Source: an uncultured Spirochaetia bacterium (lineage in GTDB: Bacteria; Spirochaetota; Spirochaetia; CAZBHR01). From it: DNA of 64,000 nucleotides. Of the stretch, positions 20,192 to 31,505 are shown one piece after another. The position numbers and the translations under genes are program-made. The first letter of the stretch is position 1. The number at the start of each line of letters is the position of its first letter. The notes under the pieces are model-generated. The model was given only the letters and a program-made list of their open reading frames with translations. It made no database searches and was not told where the DNA came from. The stretch spans positions 26,305-90,304 of the forward strand of contig CAZBHR010000005.1 of the NCBI GenBank assembly GCA_964492025.1. The letters are read 5' to 3'.

Positions 20192-21145
20192 ATGAACCCA
20201 ATTGATAGTTATAAAGATATGCGTGCAGTATACGCGGATACGGTAACAGAGTTAGCAAACTCTGATGATAGAGTTGTTATGCTTGAGGCTGATCTCATGG
20301 GTGCACACGGTACTAAGGTATTTAAAGCTGCCCATCCTGATCGATTTATTAATGTTGGAATAGCAGAGGCAAATATGGTTGGTGTTGCTGCAGGACTCTC
20401 CTCTGAAGGGATGATTCCTTTTGCTACTACCTTTGGAACCTTTGCGTCTCGTCGATGTTTTGATCAGTTTTTTCTCTCAGTATGTTATGCGCAGCAAAAA
20501 GTTATTTTAGTAGGAAGTGATCCCGGGATTACCGCAAAATTTAATGGTGGAACCCATATGCCCTTTGGTGATACCGCATTAATGCGAGCTGTCCCTAGTC
20601 TCCTTATTCTAGAGCCATCTGATATGCTTTCCGCCCGGGAGCTTATCAAAGAAGCTTATAACCATGATGGTCCTGTATATATTAGACTTCACCGTAAGGG
20701 CGGAGCTCATCGATACAAAGAGGGACAAACTATTACTAAAGGTAAAGGAATCACCCTAAATAAAGGTACCGATGTAACTATTGTTGCAACCGGTGTGGTT
20801 ATGGTTGATGCTGCTACTCAGGCTGTTGCAGAGCTAAAACAAGAGGGTATTTCTGCTTCTCTTATTGATTTTCATACTATTAAACCTATTGATAAAGATC
20901 TTCTTCTTTCGGAAGCTCAATCAACTGGCGCTATTGTAGCCTGTGAAAATGCCCAAGCATCTGGTGGTATGGGTGGTGCGGTTGCAGAGTTTATGGCGGA
21001 AAATTATCCAGTACCTGTTGTGAGAGTTGGTGTTCAGGATCTTTTTGGAGAGGTAGGAACTCAAGATTACCTACAAGAGAGATTTAACCTTACTGCCAAG
21101 GATATTGTGAAGGCTGCAAAAAAGGCTATCGCCTTAAAGAAGTAG
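20192..21145 (+). CDS. Transketolase, C-terminal (pyrimidine-binding) subunit
   Basis: IAEANMVGVAAGLS motif and the transketolase C-terminal domain. Confidence 0.85.
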   Translation: MNPIDSYKDMRAVYADTVTELANSDDRVVMLEADLMGAHGTKVFKAAHPDRFINVGIAEANMVGVAAGLSSEGMIPFATTFGTFASRRCFDQFFLSVCYAQQKVILVGSDPGITAKFNGGTHMPFGDTALMRAVPSLLILEPSDMLSARELIKEAYNHDGPVYIRLHRKGGAHRYKEGQTITKGKGITLNKGTDVTIVATGVVMVDAATQAVAELKQEGISASLIDFHTIKPIDKDLLLSEAQSTGAIVACENAQASGGMGGAVAEFMAENYPVPVVRVGVQDLFGEVGTQDYLQERFNLTAKDIVKAAKKAIALKK

Positions 21146-21161
21146 TTTTATAAACTGTATG

Positions 21162-21198
21162 AAAAAAGGGGAAGGTTTTAAAACCTTCCCCTTTTTTA
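21162..21198. terminator. Bidirectional intrinsic terminator
   Basis: aaaaaaggggaaggtttt-aaaaccttccccttttttat, located between the convergent transketolase and glgP genes. Confidence 0.7.
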
Positions 21199-21223
21199 TG
21201 TTGAAAGATATTAAAACCATTGG

Positions 21224-23707
21224 TTACGGTTTTAATATTGCTTCTATAATATCCTTTTCCTTAATTGGTGATACAGGAACCTGCTCCAGATTCCAGATTT
21301 CTCTTGCGTACTCGTGAATTGTTCTGTCTGATGAGAATTTTCCACCACCCGCAATATTGTGGAGCACCATAGACATCCATCTGTCTTGATCCTTATAGGT
21401 CTCCTCAACCTTTCTCTGGGTGTTGTAGTAATCTTTAAGATCCGCTAGGTGTAGATACTTATCAGCCTGGGAGAGTAGGGTATCTTTTATTTCTGAAAAG
21501 AGTCCAGGTTCTAGGAGTGAAAATCTATCAGAAAATAGAGTATCTATACACTCTTTGATTTGCTCATCTTCATTGTATATCTCCCAAGGGCGGTAGTCCC
21601 GTAGTTGCTCTTCAGCACCATCCGCATTGAGTCCAAAGATAAAGGTGTTTTCAAATCCAGCCTCTTCCGCAATCTCTATGTTTGCACCATCTAAGGTTCC
21701 TAGGGTAAGAGCACCGTTAATCATAAACTTCATATTTCCAGTTCCAGATGCCTCTGTTCCTGCTGTAGAAATTTGTTCTGATACATCGGTTGCTGGAATA
21801 ATTTTTTCTGCCAAAGATACTCGGTAGTTAGGAAGAAAGTAGAGCTTTATCTTTCCTTGGATAGTCGAATCATTATTAATAATGGTACTCATGTTATTTA
21901 TAAGTTTAATAATGAGCTTTGCTCGCTTGTACCCTGGGGCAGATTTTCCACCAATAATATATGTTCTTGGAATGAAATCTTCTGGATTACCTCGTTTAAT
22001 ATCAAGGTAGTGCATCATAATTTGAAGTGCATTAAGGAGTTGTCTTTTATATTCATGGATTCGTTTAATCTGAACATCAAAAATTGAGTCTGGATTAATA
22101 TCCCACCCATAAGTATCTTTTGCAAACTGGGCAAAACGTACTTTATTATCTCTTTTTACCTGAGATAGAGCTGTAAGAAATTTACTTTTCTTTTCTAGCT
22201 TTTGGATTTTTCTAATATGAGAGAGATCTGTAATCCAGTTATCTCCAATCTCCTTGGTAATGAGTTCTGCCAGTTTAGGGTTTGCAGAAAGAAGCCATCG
22301 ACGTTGGGTTATTCCATTTGTTTTATTATTAAATCTTTCAGGAAATACCTTTGCTAGCTCAGGAACCAATGTTTTTCTAATAAGATCACTATGAAGGGCT
22401 GCCACACCGTTGGTAGCGTGTGATCCGATAATAGCTAAATTTGCCATACGAACCTGTTTATGCGCACCCTCTTCAATAATACTGAGTTTTTGTAGATCAT
22501 CCAAGGAGCACATTCCAGATACAACCTCAAGAAAACGGTGGTTAATCTCATAAATAATTTGCATGTGTCGAGGAAGTAGTCGTTCCATCATATCGGTGGG
22601 CCACTTCTCTAAAGCCTCAGGCATAAGAGTGTGGTTTGTATAACCTAAGGTTTTTACTGTGATATCCCAAGCTCTTTCCCATGCAAGGTGTTCCTCATCT
22701 ATAAGCATTCTCATAAGTTCAGCCACAGCTATAGATGGGTGGGTGTCATTAAGTTGAATAGCCGCAAAATCGGAGAATTGATCCCAGCTCTTATTAGTCT
22801 TTTTGAACCGTGTTATAATATCATGCAGTGAACATGTTACGAAAAAGTACTGTTGTTTCAAACGAAGTTCCTTACCAAGGTAAAGTTCATCATTTGGATA
22901 AAGTACTTTTGATATGTTTTCTGCATCCATCTTATCTTTTACAGACTCTATATAATCACCCTGGTTAAAATCTTGAAAATCAAAATCTTCACTTGGAATA
23001 GAACTCCATAGTCGTAGGGTATTAACGGTAGTTCCTCCGTATCCTACAATAGGTACATCGTATGCCATTCCGTAGATAGTTTCCGCATCCACCCAGTTGT
23101 AGGTTTTTCCTTCTGCTGTGTTAAGAATTTCTACGTGTCCACCAAACCGTACAGGGTACATAACCTCTGGTCGGGCAACTTCCCATGGGAAACCATTTTT
23201 TAGCCACTCGTCTGGATGCTCAGTCTGCCAACCATCCTCAATAGTTTGTCTAAATATTCCAAACTCATATCGTATTCCATACCCATAGGCAGGGTACTCT
23301 AGGGTAGCTAAGGAGTCGAGGAAACAGGCAGCAAGACGACCAAGCCCTCCATTTCCAAGTCCCGCATCAACCTCAAGTTCTTCTATTGAATTAAAAGAAA
23401 GGCCAATCTCCTTAAGCGCATCAACTACCGCATCAGATATGTTAAGATTTACCATATTATTGGATAGAGCTCTTCCCAAAAGAAACTCAAGAGAAAGGTA
23501 GTTAACCTGCTTGGATCCTGATTTTTCATAGGTGTTTTGAGTTTTTAGCCATTGGGGCATCAGTCTATCTCGTACCGATAGAGCCAGTGCTTGATAAAGG
23601 TCAATTCCATTGGCATGGGCTATATCTCTTCCTCCGCTATATGCGAGGTGTGTGGCAAAACTTTTTAGGACATCATCCTTTGATAGTCCCGATCGAAAAT
23701 TGCTCAT
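21224..23707 (-). CDS. glgP: Glycogen/alpha-glucan phosphorylase
   Basis: 827 aa with the PLP-lysine region EASGTGNMKFMINGALTLGTLDGANIEI. Confidence 0.95.
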   Translation of the reverse strand: MSNFRSGLSKDDVLKSFATHLAYSGGRDIAHANGIDLYQALALSVRDRLMPQWLKTQNTYEKSGSKQVNYLSLEFLLGRALSNNMVNLNISDAVVDALKEIGLSFNSIEELEVDAGLGNGGLGRLAACFLDSLATLEYPAYGYGIRYEFGIFRQTIEDGWQTEHPDEWLKNGFPWEVARPEVMYPVRFGGHVEILNTAEGKTYNWVDAETIYGMAYDVPIVGYGGTTVNTLRLWSSIPSEDFDFQDFNQGDYIESVKDKMDAENISKVLYPNDELYLGKELRLKQQYFFVTCSLHDIITRFKKTNKSWDQFSDFAAIQLNDTHPSIAVAELMRMLIDEEHLAWERAWDITVKTLGYTNHTLMPEALEKWPTDMMERLLPRHMQIIYEINHRFLEVVSGMCSLDDLQKLSIIEEGAHKQVRMANLAIIGSHATNGVAALHSDLIRKTLVPELAKVFPERFNNKTNGITQRRWLLSANPKLAELITKEIGDNWITDLSHIRKIQKLEKKSKFLTALSQVKRDNKVRFAQFAKDTYGWDINPDSIFDVQIKRIHEYKRQLLNALQIMMHYLDIKRGNPEDFIPRTYIIGGKSAPGYKRAKLIIKLINNMSTIINNDSTIQGKIKLYFLPNYRVSLAEKIIPATDVSEQISTAGTEASGTGNMKFMINGALTLGTLDGANIEIAEEAGFENTFIFGLNADGAEEQLRDYRPWEIYNEDEQIKECIDTLFSDRFSLLEPGLFSEIKDTLLSQADKYLHLADLKDYYNTQRKVEETYKDQDRWMSMVLHNIAGGGKFSSDRTIHEYAREIWNLEQVPVSPIKEKDIIEAILKP

Positions 23708-23814
23708 TGTATATACTCCTTTACAGAAAACAAAATTTATACGAAGTACACTATAGAGAATATAAAGTAAATATGCAATATTGACTTTTTTCTACTTTCA
23801 AGTAATCTTACGGT

Positions 23815-24210
23815 ATGGGCGAGAGAGTAACAACTGCAGCTATTATTGAAAAAGATGGTCAGTTTCTTTTAATAGAAAAAATAAAAACATCCTCCATTGG
23901 ACAGGTTTGGGAGTTTCCTGGTGGAAAGTCTCGACCAGGAGAGAGCTCAAAGGAGGCTGTAATACGAGAGTGCTTAGAAGAGCTTAATCTTACTATTGTG
24001 TTGGGAGAACTTCTTTTTGAGCATCGATTTGTAAACAAGGAGCAGGAGTACCGAATGGATGTGTTTTCAGTTTCCAGCTTTTCCGGCGACCTGATATTAA
24101 GTGATGACCATCTTGCATACCAATGGGTTACAAAAGAACAGCTGGAATCACTCCCTATGTCTCCATCGGATAGAAAAATTTCTTCATTTATTTTACTAAA
24201 CAACCGTTAA
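23815..24210 (+). CDS. NUDIX hydrolase (MutT-like)
   Basis: Nudix box GGKSRPGESSKEAVIRECLEELNL. Confidence 0.8.
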   Translation: MGERVTTAAIIEKDGQFLLIEKIKTSSIGQVWEFPGGKSRPGESSKEAVIRECLEELNLTIVLGELLFEHRFVNKEQEYRMDVFSVSSFSGDLILSDDHLAYQWVTKEQLESLPMSPSDRKISSFILLNNR

Positions 24211-24330
24211 GTATCTTTTCAAAAATCTATCAAAGTTGTATACTCCCCACATGATAGTAGCAGAAGCAATTCTGTATATTATATAAGTATATATATTACG
24301 AGCGCAGAGATTTCGTAAAGGAGATATAAT

Positions 24331-25452
24331 ATGGCTAAAAAAGATAAGGCAAGTAAAACAGCGGAGAATCTTCAAGGTGTAGATATGGAGGGCCGATTAG
24401 CCGCAATTGAGGCTGCAAAGGTTCAAATTGAGAAGCAGTTTGGAAAGGGTTCTTTTATGAAACTTGGAGATGGTAACAGAACCTTAGATGTTGATGTTGT
24501 ACCATCTGGATCCATTATGCTTGATGAGGCTCTTGGTGTTGGTGGATACCCTAAGGGACGAATCATTGAGATGTTTGGTCCTGAATCATCAGGAAAAACA
24601 ACCTTGGCACTCCACGCTATAGCAGAAGCTCAAAAGGCTGGTGGTATTGCTGCCTTTGTCGATGCTGAGCACGCCCTTGATCCTGTATATGCGAGAAATC
24701 TTGGGGTAAATACCGATGACCTTTGGGTGTCTCAGCCAGATACAGGAGAGCAGGCTCTAGAGATCGTTGATCAGCTTGTTCGTTCTGGTGCTGTAGATAT
24801 TGTGGTAGTGGATTCTGTTGCAGCTCTTACTCCAAAGGCGGAGATTGAGGGAGATATGGGTGACTCTCACATGGGTCTTCAGGCAAGACTTATGAGTCAG
24901 GCTTTACGAAAACTTACGGGAGTTATCTCTAAGTCCGGTTGCTGCCTTGTGTTTATTAACCAAATCCGTATGAAGATTGGAGTTATGTTCGGTAATCCTG
25001 AAACTACAACAGGTGGTAACGCTCTTAAATTTTACGCTTCCCAGCGACTGGATATTAGAAGAACCCAAACTATAGAAAAGAGCACCGATGAAGCTATTGG
25101 AAATAAGGTTCGTGTTCGTATTGTAAAAAACAAAGTTGCCCCTCCATTCAGAAAGGTTGAGATGGAAATTATGTTTGGTAAAGGAGTTAGCCAGTCCGGT
25201 AGTCTTCTTGATGGAGCACTTAAGTACGAGATTATAGAGAAGAGTGGAAGTTGGTACAGTTACAATGGTGACAGAATTGGACAAGGACGGGAGAATGTAA
25301 AACAGTTTCTTGAGGACAATCCAGCCATCATGGAAGAGCTTACATTAAAACTACGGGAGATTATGTTTCCTAAGCCTGGCGCCGATATCTCCGCAGAATC
25401 AGTGACCAATGATGATTTGGCAAACGAAGTTATTGATATTGTAGAAGAGTAA
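24331..25452 (+). CDS. recA: Recombinase RecA
   Basis: [13 protein letters not shown] Walker A motif and the conserved RecA core. Confidence 0.95.
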   Translation: MAKKDKASKTAENLQGVDMEGRLAAIEAAKVQIEKQFGKGSFMKLGDGNRTLDVDVVPSGSIMLDEALGVGGYPKGRIIEMFGPESSGKTTLALHAIAEAQKAGGIAAFVDAEHALDPVYARNLGVNTDDLWVSQPDTGEQALEIVDQLVRSGAVDIVVVDSVAALTPKAEIEGDMGDSHMGLQARLMSQALRKLTGVISKSGCCLVFINQIRMKIGVMFGNPETTTGGNALKFYASQRLDIRRTQTIEKSTDEAIGNKVRVRIVKNKVAPPFRKVEMEIMFGKGVSQSGSLLDGALKYEIIEKSGSWYSYNGDRIGQGRENVKQFLEDNPAIMEELTLKLREIMFPKPGADISAESVTNDDLANEVIDIVEE

Positions 25453-25531
25453 ATTTTATAACTCAAGTAATTGGGTTATTGAAGGAATCCTAAAGGTGTG
25501 GTACACTCTCTGGACGACTAAGTTCAATTAG

Positions 25532-26338
25532 TTGAAAGGGGAGTGTGCGCTTTTGGGCAGTACGGAAATCATTAATAAAGAAAACTTCCAAGATAGTGAC
25601 CAAAAACATCAGTTTCACTTAGACCATTTTGATGGCCCATTAGATCTTCTGCTGTACCTAATTCAGCAATCTGAGATAAACGTGTACGATATTCCTATCG
25701 GTACAATCACAGAGCAGTATATTGCATACCTTCAAAGTACAAAACTCCCTCTTGAGGAGATGTCAAGTTTTTACTACATGGCTGCAACGCTCATTCATAT
25801 AAAATCACAAATGTTGCTCCCTATAGAGATTGACTATGATGATGACATGGAAGATCCTCGGGCAGATCTTGTAGATCAGTTGATTACCTATCAGCGGTAC
25901 CGTCAGTATGCGAGAATCCTAGAAGAACATAGACAGCAATCTGAGGGTAGGGTAACCAGACGAATTTCTGAATACCCATTTCTCTTTCCCTCAAATAAAG
26001 ATCCTTGGGAATCTCTTACTTTACAGAAATTACTACAGGTGTATATCACCTCAATAAAGAAGTTTGCTCCTCCCCAGATAGTAGATATTCTAGAGGAGGT
26101 TTCCGTACCAGAGAAGATGACCCTTATTAAGGAACAACTCTCACTAAAGGGAAACTGTCTTTTCTCCAGTCTTATTGTACGTAAAGATTCTCCTATGGAA
26201 GTAGTAAATACGGTTATGGCACTACTGGAGATGGCGAAGCATAAGGAGATCTGTATTGTTCAGGAGAACCCATTTTCCGATATTCAGATATCCCCAGGAG
26301 CAAATATAGAGGAGCGTTCAGATGAGCAAGGTGAATAA
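25532..26338 (+). CDS. scpA: Segregation and condensation protein A
   Basis: ScpA N-terminal FHLDHFDGPLDLLLYLIQ. The start codon is uncertain (possibly TTG). Confidence 0.8.
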   Translation: MKGECALLGSTEIINKENFQDSDQKHQFHLDHFDGPLDLLLYLIQQSEINVYDIPIGTITEQYIAYLQSTKLPLEEMSSFYYMAATLIHIKSQMLLPIEIDYDDDMEDPRADLVDQLITYQRYRQYARILEEHRQQSEGRVTRRISEYPFLFPSNKDPWESLTLQKLLQVYITSIKKFAPPQIVDILEEVSVPEKMTLIKEQLSLKGNCLFSSLIVRKDSPMEVVNTVMALLEMAKHKEICIVQENPFSDIQISPGANIEERSDEQGE

Positions 26339-26882
26339 AGAGACTGCCAAACAGTTAGCTCTGTTAGAGGCAACCCTTTACTTAGAAAATGATCCTATTA
26401 ATTTAGAGATTCTTAGTGAGCGTTTTGAACGATCAGTACAGGAAGTTGGAGAGGAGTTACTTCTTTTAAACAGTTCTCTTATAGAACGAAATTCAGGACT
26501 GCAAGTTCAGGTTACCGAAGGGGGCGATGTTTCTCTTATTCCACGGGAGGACCTTTGGTCTGATCTTTCCCCATACTACGGGACAGAGCGGGCAGCCCGA
26601 CTATCCAGAGCAGCACAGGAAACACTTGCAATTATCGCTTATGGACAACCAATTACTCGACGGGAAATTGAGAATATTCGTGGTGTCTCTGCAGATAATA
26701 TGCTGAAACTACTTTTCGAAAAAGAGTTTATCAAAGTGGTTGGACGAAAAGATGCACCAGGAAGGCCATCTTTATACGGAACTACCCGAGAATTTTTGAA
26801 CTTTTTTAACCTTTCGTCTATTTCAGGGCTACCAAAAATGGACGAAATCAATCAATATAGGTTTGATGACAATGAAGAATGA
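26322..26882 (+). CDS. scpB: Segregation and condensation protein B
   Basis: ScpB winged-helix repeats. Overlaps scpA. Confidence 0.8.
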   Translation: MSKVNKETAKQLALLEATLYLENDPINLEILSERFERSVQEVGEELLLLNSSLIERNSGLQVQVTEGGDVSLIPREDLWSDLSPYYGTERAARLSRAAQETLAIIAYGQPITRREIENIRGVSADNMLKLLFEKEFIKVVGRKDAPGRPSLYGTTREFLNFFNLSSISGLPKMDEINQYRFDDNEE

Positions 26883-27594
26883 TTTCAAGCCACTACGATT
26901 ACATGTTTACATAGCCAAGGCTAATATTGCTTCTCGCCGAAAAGCTGAGGAGATGATAGCTGAAGGTCGTGTATCTGTAAACGGTAAGCTTATTACTACC
27001 ATGGGGAGTATGGTTACTGAAAATGACCAGGTGTTGGTAGATGGCAAGTTAGTTATATTAGAAAAAGAGAAATACTATGTGGCTATTCATAAGCCAGTAG
27101 GCTATATTGTGGCGGCATCAGACCCGCAGGGTAGACCACTAGCCGAAGAGCTTCTTGGGGAGACCTATCCAGCCCGATTACACCATGTCGGTCGATTAGA
27201 TTATCACTCATCTGGTCTTATTTTCTACACGAACGATGGTGACTTTACACAGAAGATTAGCCACCCATCTATGGAAGTGGAGAAAGAGTATGTTGTTAAG
27301 GTACGAAAAAATTTAGATAAGCAGGATCTTCGAGACTTCTTGAGAGGTATTACCGTAGAAGGAGTCTCTTACAAAATAGAACGATACACCATATTAGATA
27401 ACCGCCGAGTTCAAGTGATTCTTAAGGAGGGAAAAAATCGAGAGATTCGAAAAATGTTCCAAGCCCGAGAGTATCATGTCGATGGACTGAAAAGGATCCG
27501 TATTGGTTGTGTAAAACTGGATATTCCTGTTGGAGGATTTCGGGATCTTAAGCCCTACGAGGTACAGAGCTTGTTACGAGGAGTTACCTCATGA
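26863..27594 (+). CDS. rluB: 23S rRNA pseudouridine synthase, RsuA/RluB family
   Basis: S4 domain plus the catalytic motif HHVGRLDYHSSGLIFYTNDG. Confidence 0.85.
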   Translation: MMTMKNDFKPLRLHVYIAKANIASRRKAEEMIAEGRVSVNGKLITTMGSMVTENDQVLVDGKLVILEKEKYYVAIHKPVGYIVAASDPQGRPLAEELLGETYPARLHHVGRLDYHSSGLIFYTNDGDFTQKISHPSMEVEKEYVVKVRKNLDKQDLRDFLRGITVEGVSYKIERYTILDNRRVQVILKEGKNREIRKMFQAREYHVDGLKRIRIGCVKLDIPVGGFRDLKPYEVQSLLRGVTS

Positions 27595-29966
27595 TTGTTG
27601 CTATTGATGGACCCGCAGGATCAGGAAAAAGTACCATAGCAAAGCTGGTTGCAGAGAGGTGCGGTTTCTTCTTTATCAACTCAGGAAACTTCTACAGAGC
27701 TATTACTCTAAAAGCTCTGGAGCAAGGGATTGATTTTAGTGATCATTCTCTCTTAATAGAGCTTGCTAATAGCTCTTATATTACAATAAAAAATAAAAGG
27801 GTACACCTAGATGGAGTTGATGTAGAGGATCTTCTACACTCTGATAAGGTTGATCAGTTGGTTGCTCAACTCTCTGCTATTGTACCTATTCGTAAGCGAG
27901 TAAATGTTCTGTTGCGAGAAGTTGCTGGAACAATGGATATCGCAATAGAAGGGAGAGATGCTACAACCGTAATCTTCCCTAATGCGGAGGTAAAAGTGTT
28001 TATGACAGCTTCCGTATTATCCCGTGCAAAACGGCGGTTTGAGCAGCATGATACAGACCTTTCCTTGGAAGAAATTATGCAAGGGATTGAAAAGAGAGAT
28101 AAAATTGATACCACAAAGGAGGAAGGAGCGCTATATTGTTGCGATGAAGCGCTTTTTCTGGACACAACAGACTTGACCATTAGCCAAGTTTGTGACAAAG
28201 TGGTAGAACAAATAAAAAAGGCACAAAGGATGCAGGAGATTGAAGATATGTCGGAAACAACAGAAAAAGTAGAAAAAAAAGAGTCCATCGGTTCACAAAT
28301 ACAAGATAGGTACTTGGATCAGTTGGGTGATTTAGAGGAGGGACAGTTTGTTTCGGGCACTATAATCGAAGTCGCTTCTGACTATGTATTTGTCGATATC
28401 GGATACAAATCTGAAGGTCGAATCCCCTTGGCGGAGTTTACACAAAAACCAGCCATTGGAGATGAGGTTGAGGTTCTGCTTGTTCACAAAGAGGGACGTT
28501 CAGGACAGGTAGTAGTATCAAAGAAAAAGGCTGATGTAAAGAAGTTTTGGAATAAGATTAAAGATGCCCAGGAAGAGAACACCCCAGTTGAAGGAGTATT
28601 TAAGAAAGTCGTAAAGGGAGGATTCGGTGTAGAAGTAGCCCCTGAAGTGATCGCTTTCTGTCCTCTTTCTAAGGCAGATATTAATAGGGTTGAGAATCCA
28701 GAAACCCTTCTTAATACCTCTGGAACATTTGTTATTAAAAAGATCCAGAAAGAGAAAAATCGAACCAACATAGTTGTGTCTCGAAGGGATTATCTTGAAG
28801 AAAATCGAAATAAAAATATTTCTAAGTTTTTTGAAGAGAAAAAAGAGGGCGACACTGTAGAGGGTGTTGTAAAGAGTTTTACCTCATTCGGAGCGTTTAT
28901 CGATCTTGGTGGATTTGATGCACTGCTTCACATTAACGACATGAGCTGGGGACACACTGTACGTCCAAAGGATTATGTTAATAAGGGAGAAACTGTTACT
29001 CTTAAGGTTATTAAGATTGATCAAGAGTCAAAGAAAATCAACCTATCTCTCAAAGATATGACACCAGACCCATGGGAGAAGTTCAACGACCACTATACGG
29101 TTGGTGAGATTGCCCACGGTACGGTAACTAAACTAACCAATTTCGGTGCTTTTATTCAGCTTGAAGATGGAATTGAGGGACTTGCTCACATATCTGAGTT
29201 GTCTTGGGTTAAGAGAATTAACCATCCAAAAGAGATCCTCCGAGAGGGTGATCAAATTGAGGTTAAAATTCTTGAGGCCGACGCTGATGAGAAGAAACTT
29301 TCTCTTGGTGTTAAGCAGGTTACAGGAAACCCTTGGGATACCTTGGAGCTTAAGTATCCACCAGGATCTGCGGTTATTCGAAAGGTAGTAAACATTACCA
29401 ACGCTGGATTGTTCTTAGAGATTGAAGATGGAATTGACGCTTTCTGTTCTTCTGCTGATCTATCTTGGCAGAAGCGAGGTGTTCGACCAGATGCGGTAGC
29501 TAAGGTTGGAGACGAGCTAGAGGTTATGGTGCTTTCTATCGATAAGGAAGCTCGAAGAATCCGAGTTGGAAAGAAACAGTTAGAAGAGAATCCTTGGGAA
29601 GTTCTTCAGGCGACAGCTCGTCCTGGAACACCACTTGAGGGTGAAATTACTAACATTACAGACTTTGGTCTTTTTGTACGGGTACCTGGTGGTATTGAGG
29701 GGCTTATCCCAATGGCGCACCTAAGAGTTCCTGGAGAAGAGAGCACCGATGAGCCTACAGCAAAATTTTCTGTAGGGGATACGGTTACCGCTGCTGTTCT
29801 TGATATTGACGTAATGAAAGAAAGATTATCTCTTTCTATACGAAATCTTCATGACAGTACTGCTCGAGCTCAGATTTCTGAGTATCTTCACGATGATGAG
29901 GATGAGGATGTTAGTGATACTGTAACATTTGGTGATCTTCTTAAGCAAATTGACGCTGAGGAGTAA
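27591..29966 (+). CDS. Bifunctional cytidylate kinase / 30S ribosomal protein S1
   Basis: N-terminal Cmk (IVAIDGPAGSGKST) fused to repeated S1 domains in a 791-aa protein. This fusion is known in spirochetes. Confidence 0.9.
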   Translation: MIVAIDGPAGSGKSTIAKLVAERCGFFFINSGNFYRAITLKALEQGIDFSDHSLLIELANSSYITIKNKRVHLDGVDVEDLLHSDKVDQLVAQLSAIVPIRKRVNVLLREVAGTMDIAIEGRDATTVIFPNAEVKVFMTASVLSRAKRRFEQHDTDLSLEEIMQGIEKRDKIDTTKEEGALYCCDEALFLDTTDLTISQVCDKVVEQIKKAQRMQEIEDMSETTEKVEKKESIGSQIQDRYLDQLGDLEEGQFVSGTIIEVASDYVFVDIGYKSEGRIPLAEFTQKPAIGDEVEVLLVHKEGRSGQVVVSKKKADVKKFWNKIKDAQEENTPVEGVFKKVVKGGFGVEVAPEVIAFCPLSKADINRVENPETLLNTSGTFVIKKIQKEKNRTNIVVSRRDYLEENRNKNISKFFEEKKEGDTVEGVVKSFTSFGAFIDLGGFDALLHINDMSWGHTVRPKDYVNKGETVTLKVIKIDQESKKINLSLKDMTPDPWEKFNDHYTVGEIAHGTVTKLTNFGAFIQLEDGIEGLAHISELSWVKRINHPKEILREGDQIEVKILEADADEKKLSLGVKQVTGNPWDTLELKYPPGSAVIRKVVNITNAGLFLEIEDGIDAFCSSADLSWQKRGVRPDAVAKVGDELEVMVLSIDKEARRIRVGKKQLEENPWEVLQATARPGTPLEGEITNITDFGLFVRVPGGIEGLIPMAHLRVPGEESTDEPTAKFSVGDTVTAAVLDIDVMKERLSLSIRNLHDSTARAQISEYLHDDEDEDVSDTVTFGDLLKQIDAEE

Positions 29967-29971
29967 GACTC

Positions 29972-30658
29972 ATGGAGCATGAGAAAGAGCCGTTAACAGT
30001 CCGTGTGGCTGTTGCGTTACAGGAAAAGAAGAGGGCAATTTTTATTGCCCTCATTGCACTTGTAGTTGTAGTTACAGGAGCACTTATAACGGTAAAGTTG
30101 TCTCAAGGGAAAAGTTCCCAGTATATTCTACAGTGGGAAGCTATTGAGACCTCTTTGATAGATTTTGAATCAATGGATATTGAGGATGAGGCGTGGGATG
30201 CTACCTATGCTGAGTTATTGCAAAATACAGAGGATCTTTTAGCAAGCACTAAGGGTAATGGTTTTGCTGATATGAATACTCGAATGGTTCAAGGAAGGTT
30301 GTACACCATGCAGGATGATTGGAATTCTGCGGCAGAGTCGTTTCTTTCTATTGAAACATATCATCCTAAGAGCTATTTAGCTCCGGTTGCTCTATTTAAC
30401 GCTGCAGCTTCTTATGAGACAGCTGGTGAATTAGATAAAGCAGCAGAGGTGTACCAGCTTATTATTGATACTCAGGATGCTAATCCTATGGCAGATATTG
30501 TTCGTGCTTATTTTTACCTAGGACGAGTTGCATATCAGCAGGGAGATACAGAAAAGGCAGCGGATGTATGGAATATGATGATTACCATGTATCAGAGTAA
30601 CCTTGCAGCAGCCGAGTGGATAAAATTAGCAGAAACTATGCTATTAACTATAGAGTAG
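29972..30658 (+). CDS. Membrane-anchored TPR-like protein (YfgM-like architecture)
   Basis: N-terminal TM segment IFIALIALVVVVTGALITV followed by helical-repeat (TPR-like) sequence. Confidence 0.4.
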   Translation: MEHEKEPLTVRVAVALQEKKRAIFIALIALVVVVTGALITVKLSQGKSSQYILQWEAIETSLIDFESMDIEDEAWDATYAELLQNTEDLLASTKGNGFADMNTRMVQGRLYTMQDDWNSAAESFLSIETYHPKSYLAPVALFNAAASYETAGELDKAAEVYQLIIDTQDANPMADIVRAYFYLGRVAYQQGDTEKAADVWNMMITMYQSNLAAAEWIKLAETMLLTIE

Positions 30659-30716
30659 TTTAGTTATTATACATTTCAACACCAGTATTGGTGTGTTTTT
30701 ACAATGAGGGAGGTTT

Positions 30717-31505
30717 GTGATGCGTGGTAGGTTCAACTTTAAAAAATTGATCACCATACTCATTTTCCTGCCTCTTTTTTTGACCTGTGGTATCCCTGTG
30801 GGTGGACTTGTAGAGGCTACGCGTCCAGTAAAAATGAAAGATACCGATGATCTTCGGGATGTGGTAGGATTTTATCATCTCTTAGATCAGAAATATGATT
30901 TAAATCAGTACTATCTTGCATACCGGTTTGAGTTGATTGAAGAGGGAGATACTCCTACAAGTTCAAATAAAAAATTCAAAGATTTAGAAGATACTTACTC
31001 AATAAGTCCTGACCTGAAAATGGACTCAAGGCTTTACCTGTTAGCAGGAAAGAATCATGCAACGGGGTCTACATTTTCCCATTCTGGAGCTACTTTTAAG
31101 ATAGCAACTGGTGAGAATTTTGGACAAGAGGTTTTAGCTACTTTTTCAATAGAGCAGAATCCAGAGGATAACAGAAAGTACTATATCAAAGGAAGCTTTG
31201 ATCCTGTAATACGCCTTGACGGATACGATACAGATTTTTACCTTGGTCGTCTTACGTATAGTCAGAGTGAAAAATTGCGAAACGGTACAGAGTTACGAGC
31301 TTTTGAAGAACGCGGGAACACAGCTGGTTTATTGAATGATCAAAAGTATAGCGACACCTTTTTGACTGTTGATGATATACAAGGGAATGCTCAGCTGTAT
31401 GTACATCTTTATGTGTTGTATGAAGTATTTCAAAGTGGAGCTGGTAAACGTCAAAACAGTGGAGAGTTTATCTATATTGGATCCTTGAAAGTTCCAGGGG
31501 TATAG
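30717..31505 (+). CDS. Lipoprotein, function unknown
   Basis: Signal peptide with lipobox FLTCG. Confidence 0.5.
   Translation: MMRGRFNFKKLITILIFLPLFLTCGIPVGGLVEATRPVKMKDTDDLRDVVGFYHLLDQKYDLNQYYLAYRFELIEEGDTPTSSNKKFKDLEDTYSISPDLKMDSRLYLLAGKNHATGSTFSHSGATFKIATGENFGQEVLATFSIEQNPEDNRKYYIKGSFDPVIRLDGYDTDFYLGRLTYSQSEKLRNGTELRAFEERGNTAGLLNDQKYSDTFLTVDDIQGNAQLYVHLYVLYEVFQSGAGKRQNSGEFIYIGSLKVPGV

Noticed and set aside
24211-24330. Possible LexA/SOS box upstream of recA (ctgtatattatataag)
   Set aside because: It has a CTGT half-site but no matching ACAG partner, and it is no palindrome I can align to any known LexA consensus.
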